Assembly (NCBI GenBank): GCA_002269645.1
Contig: NIVC01002171.1
Location: forward strand, 1-64,000
DNA length: 64,000 bases
From: Macrostomum lignano
Lineage: Eukaryota
Direction: 5' to 3'
How positions within the stretch are numbered: the first letter of the stretch is position 1; each line of letters starts with the position of its first letter. Below the pieces are notes generated by a model. It had not been told where the DNA came from and ran no database searches. It saw only the letters and a list, made by a program, of their open reading frames with translations. Below are positions 62,515-64,000 of this stretch, piece after piece. Position numbers and translations under genes: made by a program.

Positions 62515-62870
62515 CCCTCTCCCTCTCGCCAGTCCCACTCTCCCTCTCGCCAGTCCCACTCTACCTCTCGCCAGTCCCACTCTACCTCTCGCCAGTCCCA
62601 CTCTACCTCTCGCCAGTCCCACTCTACTCCTATCCACTCCCACTCTACCTCTCGCCAGTCCCACTCTACCTCTCGCCAGTCCCACTCTACTCCTCTCCAC
62701 TCCCACTCTACCTCTCTCCACTCCCACTCTACCCCTCTCCACTCCCACTCTACCCCTCTCCACTCCCACTCTACCCCTCTCCAGTCCCACTCTACCTCTC
62801 GCCAGTCCCACTCTACCTCTCGCCAGTCCCACTCTACTCCTCTCCACTCCCACTCTACCTCTCTCCACTC
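62515..62870. repeat. 21-bp minisatellite
   Basis: (ccactctacctctcgccagtc)n. Confidence 0.9.
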
Positions 62871-63046
62871 GAAAATTTCTGGAATGTGAAAAAAAATGGA
62901 ATTAGGATACCAATTTTTTGTTTGACCGGATCAGATTACGGAACTCTCCGTTGTTTTGTACATCAGTCGTGTGATTTGATGGCTGACGTAAAGGCGTTTG
63001 GAACGAGTTTCAAACAGCAGATTTTTTTCAACGCTAATGCTTGCAG

Positions 63047-63841
63047 GCTCACGGTCAAGGCAGTTTGCTACATGGACTTCAGGAAATTCCCTGTTGACCG
63101 GCAGACATGTCCGCTGTTCATTGGCAGCTGTGAGTCAAGAGCTCAGTTCGGAATGTGGTACAAAGACCTCTGATTATCCAATGTCTAGCTGGATTCAACT
63201 AAAAACGCATTCCAGTCGCGTACGACTCGCACAACTTGGTGTACCTGTGGTGGGAGGAGGCCAGAGCCGGCCCGCACCTGCATTACATTCCCGACACGGT
63301 GGTCAATTCAACTAACAAAAATCTGGGCGTAGAGGTGACCGCCATGGCGCAGTTTCTGTTCCGTCAGGAGAGGGTGCTGTTCTCGCATCAGCATACCCGG
63401 TTAGGGAAAGGTGAGTCTGGCAAAAACCCTCCGCATCCTGAAAGACATAAGTCACCTCTGGAGTTTGATAGTCCACTCAGCCATGTCTTCTAGGGTAGCT
63501 TGAAGAAATATCAACCAGATTGAATTATCGTTGACCATTTTTTAAACGAAGGAGTTTAATCCGTTTATCCTGTGTTTCCCAACCTGTGTAAGTTCAGCTG
63601 ATGGGGCGGTCCCAACTTTGCATTAGTTGAACTAATTTTACTGCTTAAACAAAAAGCTGGATACGATAGAGGAAACGATACTTTTCAGAGTATCGAAACC
63701 TGCTCAGCATGACCATTCCGCTGGAGAGGATGATCGGATTCTATGTACTGCAGATCTACCTGCCCTCCTACATGACTGTGGCGATCTCCTGGGTCAGCTT
63801 CTGGATCAACAGGGAGGCGACCCCGGCCCGTGTGACTCTCT
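63047..63841 (+). CDS. Cys-loop ligand-gated anion channel subunit (GABA/Gly/GluCl family), internal exons 63047-63129, 63216-63410, 63689-63841
   Basis: Cys loop [15 protein letters not shown]; spliced [14 protein letters not shown]; M1 [25 protein letters not shown] followed by the PAR anion-selectivity motif; GT-AG junctions in phase. Confidence 0.9.
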
Positions 63842-64000
63842 GTGCGTTTCTCAGCCTTCATTGTGTACTTTAGCATTCTTTGCTTTTGAAGTGTGCTGAG
63901 TTGCTTGCAAATTGATTTTTGATTGATTTTTGTGTGTTTGTGAATTAGTGAGAATCTCAATTAGTGTGCTTATGGATTTGTGTGCCTGTGAATTGGTGTG

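Overview
Transposon-dense eukaryotic DNA, almost certainly from an invertebrate animal: it has spliceosomal genes for a Cys-loop anion channel, argininosuccinate lyase and WSC-PAN proteins. A free-living flatworm such as Macrostomum is only my guess. Bases 1-9976 are the AT-rich right part of a Polinton/Maverick (integrase, parvovirus-type PLA2, HNH nuclease, intact protein-primed PolB, AGTAGT-type terminus). It is inserted into a BEL/Pao element, which appears to sit in a Gypsy element. The rest holds further Gypsy copies, two Ngaro/DIRS tyrosine-recombinase retroelements, a composite P-like transposon, a Penelope fragment with hammerhead-like motifs, an RNase H-bearing LINE, a tandem WSC-PAN duplication, an intronless PARP-like ORF and many satellites. 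The main discovery is a 303-nt insertion (1418-1720, minus strand) that splits the Ca-binding loop (FTG|PGT) of the Polinton PLA2 gene. It folds by eye into a complete subgroup IC1-like group I self-splicing intron (P1-P9.0, P5abc, covarying P7), ends in A rather than G, and lies just downstream of a free-standing HNH endonuclease. The same Polinton also carries five 28-bp double-hairpin inserts with 2-bp flanking duplications. Each adds exactly 10 codons in frame, and two lie in PolB. All structures and protein families were identified by eye; no searches were run.
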